From NCBI GenBank assembly GCA_002633005.1, contig NMRA01000279.1, positions 73,233-137,232 of the forward strand: a stretch of DNA of 64,000 nucleotides, given 5' to 3'. Shown here piece by piece: positions 52,901-64,000 of the stretch; position 1 is the first letter of the stretch; each line of letters begins with the position of its first letter. The stretch is from Phoronis australis. Lineage: Eukaryota; Animalia; Phoronida. A program made the position numbers and the translations under genes. A model generated the notes under the pieces. It saw only the letters and a list, made by a program, of their open reading frames with translations. It did no database searches and had not been told where the DNA came from.

Positions 52901-55900
52901 TTGCATTCTGTCGCAGAGTTCATTTATTTCTCTTTCGAACTACACCACTTGCTGTCATAAATCCAGTTTAGATTTTAATTAACCTGAAAGCTAGACTTGA
53001 AAGTGAATGTTGTAAATCTTGGCTTTGTTTATCAAGTACTGTTTACAACAGCGATCACCTCTTGTTTCATACGAATAACAGTTTTTAGACTCTGTCACTC
53101 TTAAGAACCAGGATTATTACATATTTGACAATCACTGAAGTCTGAGATTTATCAACATGGCTGTTATCAGACTCAGCAGGTGTGATAGCAATCCTCTTGT
53201 GTTCACAGTTCTTATGTATTGTATTGCTGTGTTCACAGTTCTTATGTATTGTATTGCTGTGTTCACAGTTCTTATGTATTGTATTGCTGTGTTCACAGTT
53301 CTTATGCATTGTATTGCTGTGTTCACAGTTCTTATGTATTGTATTGCTGTGTTCGCAGTTCTTATGTATTGTATTGCTGTGTTCGCAGTTCTTATGTATT
53401 GTTTTTGCTGTCACATGCTCCTGCTGTTGACAAGATTGTCGTTGTGATACGGCTTCATCCAAAATTTGTTGAACACACAACAATGTTGACAGTTAATAAT
53501 TTTCAACGAAATTCTCTCGACCCTTTTGTATCTGCATGCAAGTGACAGAGATCTCGAGAAAGTTTCCTGAAATAAATTTCACCTCATGACCAAAACAGCA
53601 AATAATTTTGAAATTTATCTTTGTCACACAGAATTTATACAAATGAAAGTAGTGTCTTCAAAAATTTAATGTGTTTTGATTCTTGAGAAAAAATTCCTTA
53701 CTGTAATCCCAGGATTATTTTTTGTAGCTGTTATTTAAATGTGACCTTCATGGAGTGTGTTGTTTTGTAGGGAGACTCTGGAGAAATGGAGGCCCTGCAG
53801 GAGAAAATGAAGGGACTCAAGTCAGAGATGGAGCAGGTGGGTCTGCCTTCTTCTTACTGGTTGGTTTGGAGAGGTGTCAATTGGTTGATTCTATTATTTT
53901 GACCATTGAGTGTGAATTACAGGATGAGTTGCATTGGCAAATTTGAATTAAAGTGGAACTTGCAGGCTAGTTCCTCATCTCTATGATTGCTTGGCCAAAT
54001 TAGGTAGAAACACAACATAGATCGTCGATGTGAATATGAAGGAGGTTGAAAATTGCCAGATGTTTTTAAGAACGAGTTTTGCCGCAAAAAAGAGCTGCTG
54101 CAGATCACTGAACTGTGTCCAGTAAGTATCGTGACATGGTGCTCGGGAATAACACTGCACGATGCGGGCTATGTGAGCCTGCGAAGTCCGTCATTAGTGC
54201 AAATGTCACCTTTTTGCAGAGTTTTTTATTTTGACATTTACAAGTTGTCAATGAATACAACTGCACTTTGTTTATTATAGATTATGTTAAAATGGCATTG
54301 TCGTTAAGTTCCTGATATACATTAGCATAACTAGGAGCATGTAAATACATCTTTAAGCTGCGAGCCAGTAATGGGCGGTTACAGTGTTTGTAGATCAGTC
54401 CAGCTGGTCTCTTCCAACTAATCAGTAAGATACTGCATGAAACATAACTGCTATCCATTGTGCAGAGCACGATTGCAAGTTATCCTCACCAACTCTGCAG
54501 AAATTTGGTCTTGAACTCCCTCCACACAACTAATTTCCAAAAAATAATTAAATTTCACTTGAGCAAAACTGCAAAGTCTCTAATATTACACACGACTACT
54601 AGTTTCTGAGATAATTTCTTTGAATTACTTACTGTCATGCACGCATGATTGCTTGGCTAAACCTCTTTTCAGTTGCGAAGTGTGACGTAAGACCAAATTC
54701 CTGTCTTAATTGATTTCCGTGAAACAGGCCTCTGAAGGCTGTTCAGTGATCTCTGATCGAGGCTCTCCAAATTGCCATCTGATAAAAATTTTCTTGTTAA
54801 TGCTGTACGAGTTGAAATGCTCGTGTCAGTTTGTGCAGGAGTAGTATTGTTCTGTGTGTTCTTCCTTTCAACAACTGTTGGGGTTATGGCTGCTCCTCTG
54901 TATTCTGTATGAATTTATTTGTCAGAATCTGGCTGGGTCACGCAATAAGGCTTCCAATCTGGAAACAGATTTGACGGACACTAAACACGAACTGTTGAAA
55001 GTGAAGGACATGTTGGAAATGGCTGAGAAGGTGAGCCCCTTGTAACGAGTTCATCCACAGTGCCCTCTGTGGTTACTTTTACCTTCACCCACAGTGCCCC
55101 CTGTTGTTGCTTTTTGGAACCCATCGTGTTCTTGTCCATGGATTGTGCCATAGTTGGGTCCATATAATGAAGACATGGTTGCTATCACAAAAGTGTTTAG
55201 CTGTAGTAATGTTCTAGATTTTTGCCATAACTTCGATTAAGCCAGGTCATTTTGACAAAATTCGTCAACTTTTTTGAAAACTACTGTATTGGCCGTGTGT
55301 TCTTGTAAAATTCGGTTCAGTGCTGCTATAGACCAAGTCCAAGTAAGTTTCTGTTTCACGGCCAGGATGTAAGTTTTTGTACCTTGATTATGTTGTGAAG
55401 CCAAGTTTAAAATTGGACGTGTACATATCCCTGTTTATCTGCCTGAGATACGTAAATCGAATAAGGTCTTTTGCTCTCATAAAATGGGTCTAATATTCCT
55501 GACCATGGTAATATTCTATTTCCGTTATAAATTTAAGTCACGGGAAATGATAACAGCAACAAGCACTGTTTTCACTTTTGTAAATTCAGGGTTGACAAAC
55601 CCGAAAAAACTCCGTGTTTAGTCGAGTCGCTGATGGTTTTGATGTTCATTTTGCTAACGCAGTTAATAAATCTGTCACGGTAAATATCATGAGCTGGGTT
55701 TATTGAGAGTTGAAGGCCTCGTTGAATTTTTGATTTTTAGCCAGCTCAACTGGGCAAAATGTAGCCATTAGTGTCATTAGCCATGTAGACTAACGACGCC
55801 AAAGAGTACATCGCCAATACAACTTTAGAGTGATGAATTATTTTCAGTTTTATTATGACAATCACTAAGAAGTAGGTGTAGAGTGTTTACAGCTTGGTTC

Positions 55901-56889
55901 AATTGTAGGAACTAGAGAAGAAGGTTGCCCAAACAACGCCGTACAAGAACATAAAACAGATGCTGCAGAAAAAGAACGAACAAATTAAAGAGCTACGCAA
56001 GCGACTTGGCAAGTATGTGACGTCAATCATTGTTTGGCGCGTTTGTTAGGAAAGTTAAGAGAACATTTCTTATTTTATCTCCACTGCAGAGTTAGAGAGT
56101 ATATTGTATCAGGTTGTCCATTCATCTGTTCATTGGTACGCAGGGTTATCTTTTCAATTGTTTCTCTTTCCAGAATTGTCTGGATTTTTACAAAACGTCG
56201 CGCGTTTCTGCTCATATGTGCTTCTTTGGCCAATCTGACTGCCCTGCTTGTCCTGTTGGCCGATTTAGTCACATTTTTCTCTACGCTATTTCTGGGGACT
56301 TTATCGTAATCTTAATAATTAGTGATACTTGACTATAGGGGCCCTCATCAGACTACCCAAGTACCGTTCAGTACCATTTTGTTATAATGCATAGAAGTGT
56401 GCAGTGTCTCTGATGAGGAAGGTACTGACTAGCACAGCTTACCTTTGACGTGTATTACTCGTTCTCGCTCAGTGTATTTACATTTTCCTGCTCGTGACGT
56501 TCTTCTTATCAGTTGAGAGTATTTTGAAACTCAACTGACCATGTCAAAAACATAAGCCGTATACACCTTATTCAGGTATTCTCCATTTCAAAACTGACCC
56601 TCTTTTTAGGTTAAAAAACAATGCATTACACGCTATGCATTGTTTTTAAACCTAAAAGGAGGCTCACTTTTAGAACGGCAAATACGTGAATAAGGCACAT
56701 ATAGACTCAGTCATTCAGTCCCTTTTTTTCAATTCTGTGTTTTTATAATTTTACTGGTTTAACTGAATGCAGTTATTAAGCAACTCAAAGATATCTCAAT
56801 TGTTCAAGTATTTAAAACATGGCTTCTGACAATGTCCTGTGCTGTGGTATTCACACATTGTCTTTTTCAGATACGAATCGGAGGATTAG
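46973..56889 (+). CDS. LZTFL1: Leucine zipper transcription factor-like 1 (BBS17; BBSome trafficking regulator), 301 aa
   Basis: Exons: 46973-46975 (ATG|gtaaat, least certain), 48624-48751, 49416-49610, 50611-50743, 51277-51342, 52216-52302, 53771-53836, 54926-55030, 55909-56012, 56871-56889. Total 906 nt, in frame. Peptides VDRCFEDLKDSRLMEDTFTVDEV, EVESELINTSHMNVLLLRQMFQQAEKWHLKLQADISELENRELLEQ, KPKLQPLNESGG and AEKELEKK...KKNEQIKELRKRLGKYESED* match remembered human LZTFL1. Confidence 0.93.
47100..47681 (-). mobile_element. Miniature non-coding LTR retrotransposon (TRIM) with tRNA-like sequence in both LTRs
   Basis: Direct repeats 47510-47681 and 47100-47254, each TG...CA on the minus strand. 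PBS TGGCGCCCAAC at 47508-47498, 1 nt from the 5' LTR. Polypurine tract GGAAGAGGGAGG at ~47272-47261, just before the 3' LTR. No TSD recognised. Confidence 0.8.
49792..49944. mobile_element. Palindromic non-autonomous element
   Basis: GCTGTTA...TCTAGA...GATTTGGCAGAATT...CCCGA is mirrored by TCGGG...AATTCTGCCAAATC...TCTAGG...TAACAGC. Confidence 0.7.
51748..51972 (-). mobile_element. tRNA-derived SINE
   Basis: Reverse complement matches 44521-44755: GGAGGCAGTGT..., GGGTTCGAGCCC, CCTTGAGTCAGGTTT, GCTCCTCAGCTCGG. Confidence 0.82.
52645..52872. repeat. Long imperfect palindrome with a Penelope-type hammerhead-like motif on each arm
   Basis: Right arm CTGATGA-A-GGCCGGTTGTAGTCGGCT-GAAAC (52797-52827). 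The left arm is a decayed reverse complement (CTGACGAAAGGCAGTTGAAGTCGGATGTAAT). Confidence 0.65.
53198..53405. repeat. 30-bp minisatellite, 7 copies
   Basis: Unit TGTGTTCRCAGTTCTTATGTATTGTATTGC. It explains the repetitive ORFs at 53085-53545. Confidence 0.95.
56559..56702. repeat. ~140-bp imperfect palindrome (MITE remnant) in the last LZTFL1 intron
   Basis: CCTTATTCA...TTTTAGGTT.AAAAACAATGCAT / ATGCATTGTTTTT.AACCTAAAA...TGAATAAGG. Confidence 0.8.
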
Positions 56890-57535
56890 AAAATCCATAG
56901 GAATTAATCTCACGTGTCCGTCCAACTCTCGACATTCCAGAAGAAGCTGTGTTTTCTGTTGATGTAAGGGCCCCATGTGCCGCCTGTGTTTGAGACAAAC
57001 TACACGCATTACGTTAAGTGACAGCACTGTTATTCAGGGTCAGTCTTTGATTCATCTGAGTACCTTATTCCTTGTAATCTGTCTGCACCGTTGCTATTGT
57101 TTTGTATGATTTCACACATTTCTATATTTCACAGTTTGGTCAAACTCTGTGATTACTGACAAAATGGCGGTTGTGTTTATATTTATATGGATATGGTTAT
57201 GAAATAATTTTGAGAATTTGATTTTAATGACGCTTTGTAGCTTTGCAATTTTTGTGTACTTAAATTAATTTATCTACTGATAGCCCATTTTATCCACCAT
57301 ACATGCGCCTATTTGACCCCAGGTGCGAATATCCGGAAAAAAATTGTTCAAAGAAAATTTTTTACTCAAGTATTTCGCCTACTGGCTTCCAAGCTTCACT
57401 TACAAGCACATGCACCGATCTGTTGTATATGTGCGCATCTTAAATGTTCTTGTCCAGTCTTAGAACTTTTCATTTAATAATGGAACATAAAGGGGCATAT
57501 TCACATTTAGGGGTATGTTCACAATTTAAAAAAGT

Positions 57536-57748
57536 AATTGAGGGTGGTCTGGTACACGTACCAGATGTGCACAGGCCACTCAGGTGGGCACGTGGAACAA
57601 TTTTTATGCTTTATCAATATGTAGTCAAAAGCGAGTTGAGGAGTTATAGACTTGACTCAGAGGACTAGCAGTGTGCTCCAGTGGGACTAAAACACATGAC
57701 CTTGAGAGCAAAGGAAGTGGAAACTTATCCCACTGGGCCACACTGTCG
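57536..57748 (-). mobile_element. Diverged tRNA-derived SINE in the presumed LZTFL1 3' UTR
   Basis: GGTCTGGTACACG...CAGGCCAC...TTGACTCAG...CTGGGCCACACTG aligns with the family at 44521. Confidence 0.7.
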
Positions 57749-57957
57749 CATGGTCCTAAATACGACTGTGCACGGCCATGTTTTGTGTGATACGAGATGA
57801 TGTGATGTGGCCTTCAGGTGGCGTGCGGACCAGACTTAAAAATGTATGCGAGTCAATCTAATATTGTGAAGTGTAAATTTAAAGTGGAATCTTTGTGTCA
57901 AGTTAGATGTTGGTGAAAGGGACATATGCCTGTCGTATATTTGTCGTCATATCAATA

Positions 57958-58202
57958 TGGTAAAATCTCACCAATTTAGGAAACAATATGGCTGAAAGGT
58001 GACATCTTTTTTCTAATTTTTCCATGAAAGACATGTATCACCAAAGTAACACTTTCCAATGTTCCAGCTGTGTACCATAGCTACTGATTGTCAATATTTT
58101 CAAAAATTGTAGAAATTCAGAATCATCTTAGGAGACCATTGACAGTGAAAAAAAGTACAATTTCGGTGATTAATTTTGTCCAAAATTGGTGAGGTTTCAC
58201 TG
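57958..58202. mobile_element. Tc1/mariner-type MITE, TA TSD
   Basis: TA|TGGTAAAATCTCACCAATTTAGGA ... TCCAAAATTGGTGAGGTTTCACTG|TA. The terminal mismatch is explained by CpG decay of CGGT. Confidence 0.7.
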
Positions 58203-58375
58203 TACATACATTAGTTACTGGTCCTTTATTGAGTGTATGTCGCTGAATTTTAGTTTGTTGTAATTCTTAATGATCTTAAACTCTTATTTTCAGTTGCTCC
58301 TTTTTACAATGTAGCTATTTTGCTTTCATTGTTTTCTATAAATGAGTAGTTTAAAAGCAGCCCTTCGTTGACACA

Positions 58376-58509
58376 AACTTGATTAAAAATACGACTGTAT
58401 TTTCTGTTGGGTAGCTCCTGTTGGATAATGGAAAACTACAGGGAATACAAAGAATGCAAGGGAGTCAGTGTCTGTGAAGCTATCCAACAGTTGTATTTTT
58501 AATCAAGTT
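58376..58509. repeat. Inverted-repeat element
   Basis: AACTTGATTAAAAATAC / GTATTTTTAATCAAGTT, and CTGTTGGRTAGCT / AGCTATCCAACAG. Confidence 0.75.
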
Positions 58510-59350
58510 CCTGTAAATGAATGAAAGATCCGAAGATGTGTAATTTCTGTACACAAACTTCACTGAGCAATTCATATCAAATTCAGTTGAGTTTGAAGAT
58601 ATTTGGAGTTGTGTTGAATGTGCATCATTTGGCCGTGGGTTCAAATCTGTTTTGTTGAAGATTTTAACTAAAATGAAGTGGAATGAGTATGTGTTTGTTT
58701 CTGTTAATACATTGTCTGGAGCGAGGGGCTGTGACGAAAGAAAAATAGACTTAATAGTGTTACTGATGTCAGAAAGTCATTTAAGTATATTTGTCGTTAT
58801 TCAAGAATTTTTCCTTTTTCATAGTCATTGCTGTACAGTAAAACACAAAAGTAATCGGACAAAATACCATTTTTCCGTCATGGCGGCTAACTCTGTAACA
58901 GGAAAAACGACCGCTAATAACTACCAGAATGGCAGAAAGGTTTAGCCACCTTACCAACTTACTTATTCTCCTTGGTTGACCTATCGCAAGCTTCGCCCCC
59001 TTGCGAAATGTCAACAAACAAACAAGTTTTACCCAGCAACGTGTTGTTTNGTCGGGTAAAATGGCGACTTGTAAGCGAAGGTATTTCAAGAATGCTGCGT
59101 TCTGGTTGGTCAGTTAAACCATCATTCACAATCTGGTTAATCCTTGGTGTTGAGGAGAGGTCACTCTGTTCATGAATTTAGCTTCTGCCCAGCTGCCATG
59201 ATGGGATTGTGGGTCATTTTATCTGAGTAATTTTAACTAATACTGTATATGTTTTTTCTTATAAACTATCATTGTGAATAAAAAGCAATATATGTAAATC
59301 TGGAACCAGCGAGGAAATGTAGATCATCACAAATATTTTAGGGCTGGCCT

Positions 59351-59492
59351 GCACGCCACCTGTTGGCCACATCCCGTGAGCTAATGAACATAATTGCAAA
59401 AGGATGTCTGCCTCCCGACCAGGACTCGAACCCAGGACCTTGAGCTAGAGCATCTGCATTATGTCGTTTAATGTGGCCAACAGGTGGCATGC
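59351..59492. repeat. 22-bp inverted repeat enclosing a B-box-like sequence
   Basis: GCACGCCACCTGTTGGCCACAT / ATGTGGCCAACAGGTGGCATGC (21/22 complementary). GGGTTCGAGTCC lies on the minus strand at ~59422-59433. Confidence 0.8.
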
Positions 59493-59720
59493 TGAACATA
59501 CTTAAAATGTTTGAATAAAAAGCAATGTCTGTCAGTTGTAGAGTGTGACACATGCATTCTGTAAATAACTCTTGAAATGTGAAAAACGTGATGGGTTGAA
59601 TGATGAACCCCACTCCAGTTTTAAGGGTCGAGAAATAATGAATGAATTTGTGATGAGCACGCCATCGAAAACTTTAGGGTCAGCTTAGTCACAGTAATGG
59701 GTCAGCCAAGAAAGCATCTG

Positions 59721-60127
59721 TGCCCAGTTGCATGAAGCAGTTGCATGTAGGGATTCCGCTAAGTTCCCTAAATATTTTGTGTATTTTTATCTTTCTTTAC
59801 TTGCAGATGTTACATTTTTCTATCATTTCATCTTTATTATAAGCTTCTCTTTGACTAATGACATTTTCTAATAATATAACTAAAAACCTGAGCCCCTGTT
59901 TCAATAAAAATAAATATGGACTTAGTTCTCAAATTAAGTGTGTTGCATGAAAAGATCCCTATCGTAGAATTCACGGCCGATGTTTATCAAAGCCAAAAAT
60001 TGACTTAGTGACAAAACTTAAACAGTATTATAAGAGACAATTGGTGATTTCACAAGTTCACAAATTCGCAGTAGTCTGAGGGAACTTAGTTGAGTCCCTA
60101 TTTGGGACTGTTTCGAGCAACCGAGCA
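59721..60127. mobile_element. PIF/Harbinger-like MITE, 3-bp TSD CTG
   Basis: CTG|TGCCCAGTTGCATGAA...TAAGTTCCCT ... AGGGAACTTAG...TTCGAGCAACCGAGCA|CTG. Same family as 3230-3598. Confidence 0.78.
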
Positions 60128-60841
60128 CTGGGGTCTGTCTCGTGAAAAGTGACATACGGCTTGAGACAGAAATTTGGTCTTACATTCCACATAACTTTCT
60201 CACTTTAGATAAGAATAAAGTATCTGAGAATATACACTTATCAGTTACTTACTAAATTCATGGGTTTTTTCCAGGTTGTGGCGCCGTAATAATTTCATGG
60301 CTAAATTTTATTTGCCAATTGTTACTTGAGAGGGTAAGACAAAGTTGTGTCTTAAGTCGCATTTGTCAGTAGCTTTAAATGTTATGATTTTTCATGTCGT
60401 GTCAGTGTGAATTAATTTTAATCTTTAATAACTGCTTCGGTGAATTAATTTTCCAGAATTGTATTTTAGCTGAAGATGAGCATTGATAGAATTTAAAATT
60501 GATGGAACGATAGATGTAGGAAATGGTTGAACTGTCCTTAGCCAACCTTGGAAAATCAATTGGCAAACCATTGCCGATTTATTTATCTGCGTCGCATAAT
60601 GAGGCTCGGTTAAACAAGGGATTCTGTACCTGCTGTTGCATTGTGGCTAAAGGTATATAGAGTTGTTTAGGTAACATGGTTATTTCTTAGAGACAATCCC
60701 ATTTCACACAATAGCAAATATTGTATGTTTTGATTTTATTTTGTAATAGTCGAAAAGAATCGATTCACGAAATAAGGCAAGCTAATTTTCTATGGTTGTA
60801 CTGTTGTCATAATGAATCTCATACTATATTGCCAGGCCATT

Positions 60842-61144
60842 AGGCCCATTGGCGTCTATGCGGAACTGCGCTTATATGCGAAACTTTGGTGCATTCGCCA
60901 ATATGCGAGCCCCTTGGATAAAAAAGGCCGCAAAAAAGGCATTATTTTGGATATAGGCCAGTAAGCCTGAAATGTGGTTCATGAAAAACAAGCCAATTTT
61001 TAACAAGGAAACAGGTGTGCTTATGTGCGAATTAATGTACGAGTCTATGCAGGGGACATTACTTGGGCTTGTATGCGAAACCTAGGCGCATGCGAACCAC
61101 TTCGGTAAAAAAGAGGTTGCGAAAAGGAACTATTTCATGGGCCT
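60842..61144. mobile_element. MITE with short TIRs and 3-bp TSD (ATT)
   Basis: ATT|AGGCCCAT ... ATGGGCCT|ATT, with an internally repeated TATGCGA motif. Confidence 0.6.
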
Positions 61145-63686
61145 ATTGGTGCAACAATACAGTAGGTGATACTTGTGACTTGGAAGTATCTATGAACCCA
61201 CTTTCAGTCACACCTTTTATTTATACCCGTTTCCTATTATGAAAGTTGTCTAAAATTGTTCCTCCGGCTGTCGCATTTCAGGGCTGAACAGGTTGGCCCA
61301 TCACAGTGAGATCAATCCTGGAGACTAATTAACAGTCAGTTCTTTGAAAACCTAGAATTCGCTTCTCATCTGAGAAAGGAACAATTTGAGACTAACTTTG
61401 TAGAAGCAAGTGGTGGAAATCAAAACTTGGCTTGTTGGCCAGAACACTCACTTTAACTAATAAGCCTCTTCACTTTTATCATACTTTGAAGTTTGCCAGT
61501 TTCACCCACTAATGTAGCAATCAATACAACTTTAAAGGATGTGTATTATGTAATAGTAACACATGTTTAGACTCTCTCAACATGAAGCACATATTAAGTA
61601 AAACAGTCATTTGATGGTTTGCTCTCACCACAGGTGGTGATCAGGTCCTGTGTATTAGTTATGTAGGCTCTAATCACAGACTTTCAAAGCACAGTATTTT
61701 AGTTGTTTCTCAAGTGTACCACTGTACTTTAAGTCCAATATACACTCTTGACTACAGGTTGCGCACTGTTTAGTTAAGCATTTGTCTTATTTATGAAGGT
61801 TCTATTTTCTTCCCAATTTTCAGCGACATCTTCAAAAATTTCAAACCAGAGTTAACCTGTTTTCTGTAAAAAAATTAATTTGGACCACTTACGATAATAA
61901 AATTGGTTTTACTACTCAGTCTAGAAGTCATCTCTGGGCTCAGAAAGAAGAACTGATAATTAATTCTACAGACCCAAGGTCAAAGGTCAAGCCTTGACCT
62001 AAATTTTTTAGCTGGGCCAGTAGAAATAATTCACTGTCAGTCCACAAATTGCAGCTATTTTGACTAAAGAAAAAAGCTGAAATCCCATTCAATAACAGTA
62101 AGTGGTCTCAATCATAACAGGAAGCACTGTAGTTATAATTACAGCGTGCATATTTTCATCCTCTTATTGGCCAATGTGTGTGCAAACAAGTCACTGCTGA
62201 ACTTTATCCCCAAGGTCACTGGTCAATAATTGCCACTTCTAGGCAGACTCTGCTGAATAGGAAAAGATGTGGGGGTTTTTAATAACTCTGTTGATAACCA
62301 AGGCCAATTTATTCTTCATCAACTAGAAGTATTACAAGGAAATGGACAATTACAATGTAACACTAAACCAATTATATGCATCACTCGATCAGCTCTTCAA
62401 TGTACCAACTTTTTCAAGTCTATCAAGGAAAGTCTTCGCAGCAGCAAGTTCCATATATTGTTTCCCAAAATCTTGGTTTCAGCTCATTTTCCAACCGCTC
62501 AGAAAACAAGACTTCAAAATAGCACACATAATTTGTACACCGCTGATCGTTTGCGCTAGGAGATGATCCCTACTCCCCAAGTTAACTCGACTTTCAATAA
62601 TCTTTGAGTGTCAGTCAATTTTTCTTGTGATGGAACAATTAGGAATGACAATCTTTAATTTGGATTAAGTAATCTCACAAGATGTGACTGACAAATGTAA
62701 TGCAAATTTAACAAAGAAAATTTAACTAAAATTCTTTTTACTTCCAGATACACAAAAATGAGCATTTTCAAATTTGGAATCGATAAAACTATTTGCAAGT
62801 AGTGGTTAGAGTTACAGAAATGCTTTCTTCAAGACAAATTAACATGTTTTAACTTTTCAAACACGTCCAACTGACAATATTCTAAATCAGCAGAAATTCA
62901 TTACAAGTAGCACTGAGGAATCACAGGATCACACTCCTAATCACATCACATGACCAACATCACATGACCAACATCACATGATCACAAACACATGGAACCC
63001 AAAGTAGACACCACATCACTACTTTTAAAAAGGTCATAACTCAAAACAATATCGTCTATAAGAGAATGCAACTTTTATCTATTTCAACATTCAGCAATCT
63101 CACAATGCTAAACCATAAACTGACGTGCGTCCATAGTAATTACACAAGAAATCGCGTCTGACAACAAAATTTAGATCATTCCACAATTGTCATGTGCTTG
63201 CATGGAATGAATGCACCAAATAAAAATGCACACACATATGTACCCTTCTACCTCCTAAACCCATGTAACAGTTAATAACAATTTCCTGTTTTGATCTCAA
63301 TATTTTCTTAACAGATTTTGAATAACATCCCATTACAGTATTCAGTCACTCTCTGTTTGGACCACTGAGATAAATAGGAAAAGGACTAGACAATAATAGA
63401 CTAGATAAAAGCTACATGCAGTCATCAATGCTAACCACAAATAAAATACTTGTGGCTCAACACATCCATAGTCACACCTGTCTCATAAACCTTGTACAAC
63501 GAGAAGACTGCATGCAACTTTTAGAGGCAGACAAAATGGATCCTTGTAAAGTATGGAGTTTAAGCACAATTACCTGCACGTATACAGGCACTAGAAAGAA
63601 ATACAGTTGGTACTCGGAGCAACGCAAGATTCAGTTAAAAGAACAATATTGCAGTCCTTGGTCATTATACTTTTCAAGTCCCAGCA

Positions 63687-63882
63687 TTACCAACTTGTGC
63701 CTCCATCTAGTGCCTGGTCGTGGAACCAGTCTAAGTTCAGCCATATTGCTCTTGGTGAAAAAATGTCCACCTTGGTTTTGTCTCTGACAACAACAAAGTG
63801 TGCCGATCCATCCCCAGCCCAGGAATCAACTGTTAACTTGACTGAGGAACACTTTGAGAACTGTAACTGCTTCAATCCGATC
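63687..63882 (-). CDS. Possible terminal exon of an unidentified minus-strand gene extending beyond the window
   Basis: Acceptor TATTTTAG at 63890-63883. The frame is unresolved: either DRIEAVTVLKVFLSQVNS* (stop at 63826) or IGLKQLQF...GGTSW* (stop at 63687). Downstream sequence is UTR-like, with a minus-strand AATAAA near 62308. Confidence 0.35.
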
Positions 63883-64000
63883 CTAAAATACGTTTTGATG
63901 ACAAACTTAACAAAAGTAGAGATTCCATGTTTACCATGTACGTAATGTTGCTTAAACTCCCTTAAAACTTGAGGTAAACCACAACTTCATAACACCGTGT

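Noticed and set aside
20054-53405. Short regular repeats (20054, 23077, 53198) as CRISPR arrays
   Set aside because: They are head-to-tail units with no unique spacers, there are no cas genes, and the context is eukaryotic intron or UTR.
56341-56420. CTGATGAG pair as another hammerhead
   Set aside because: Only a 10-bp inverted match, with no stem II followed by GAAA.

Overview
This is AT-rich animal genomic DNA, probably from a marine invertebrate (inferred from the repeat content; the species cannot be identified). It has short GT-AG introns and a few N gaps. Three spliced genes can be reconstructed exon by exon: FYCO1 (+, 5'-partial, 20 exons, 2926-22877, RUN/coiled-coil/FYVE/LIR/GOLD), EIF4B (-, 16 coding exons, 46685-26498) and LZTFL1 (+, 10 exons, 46973-56889). 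EIF4B and LZTFL1 are head-to-head, and EIF4B and FYCO1 are tail-to-tail. A full-length U4 snRNA sits at 2165-2306, and there may be a terminal exon of a fourth gene at the right edge. Introns carry many non-autonomous elements: a tRNA-derived SINE family, several MITE families, a foldback element, Helentron-type elements and palindromes. The most notable items are a ~580-bp non-coding LTR element (TRIM) whose two LTRs each contain a tRNA-like Pol III cassette, the FYCO1-LZTFL1 linkage matching human 3p21.31, minisatellites that duplicate splice donors, and a hammerhead-like palindrome. Two EIF4B anomalies are probably assembly artefacts. All homology calls come from remembered sequences, not database searches.
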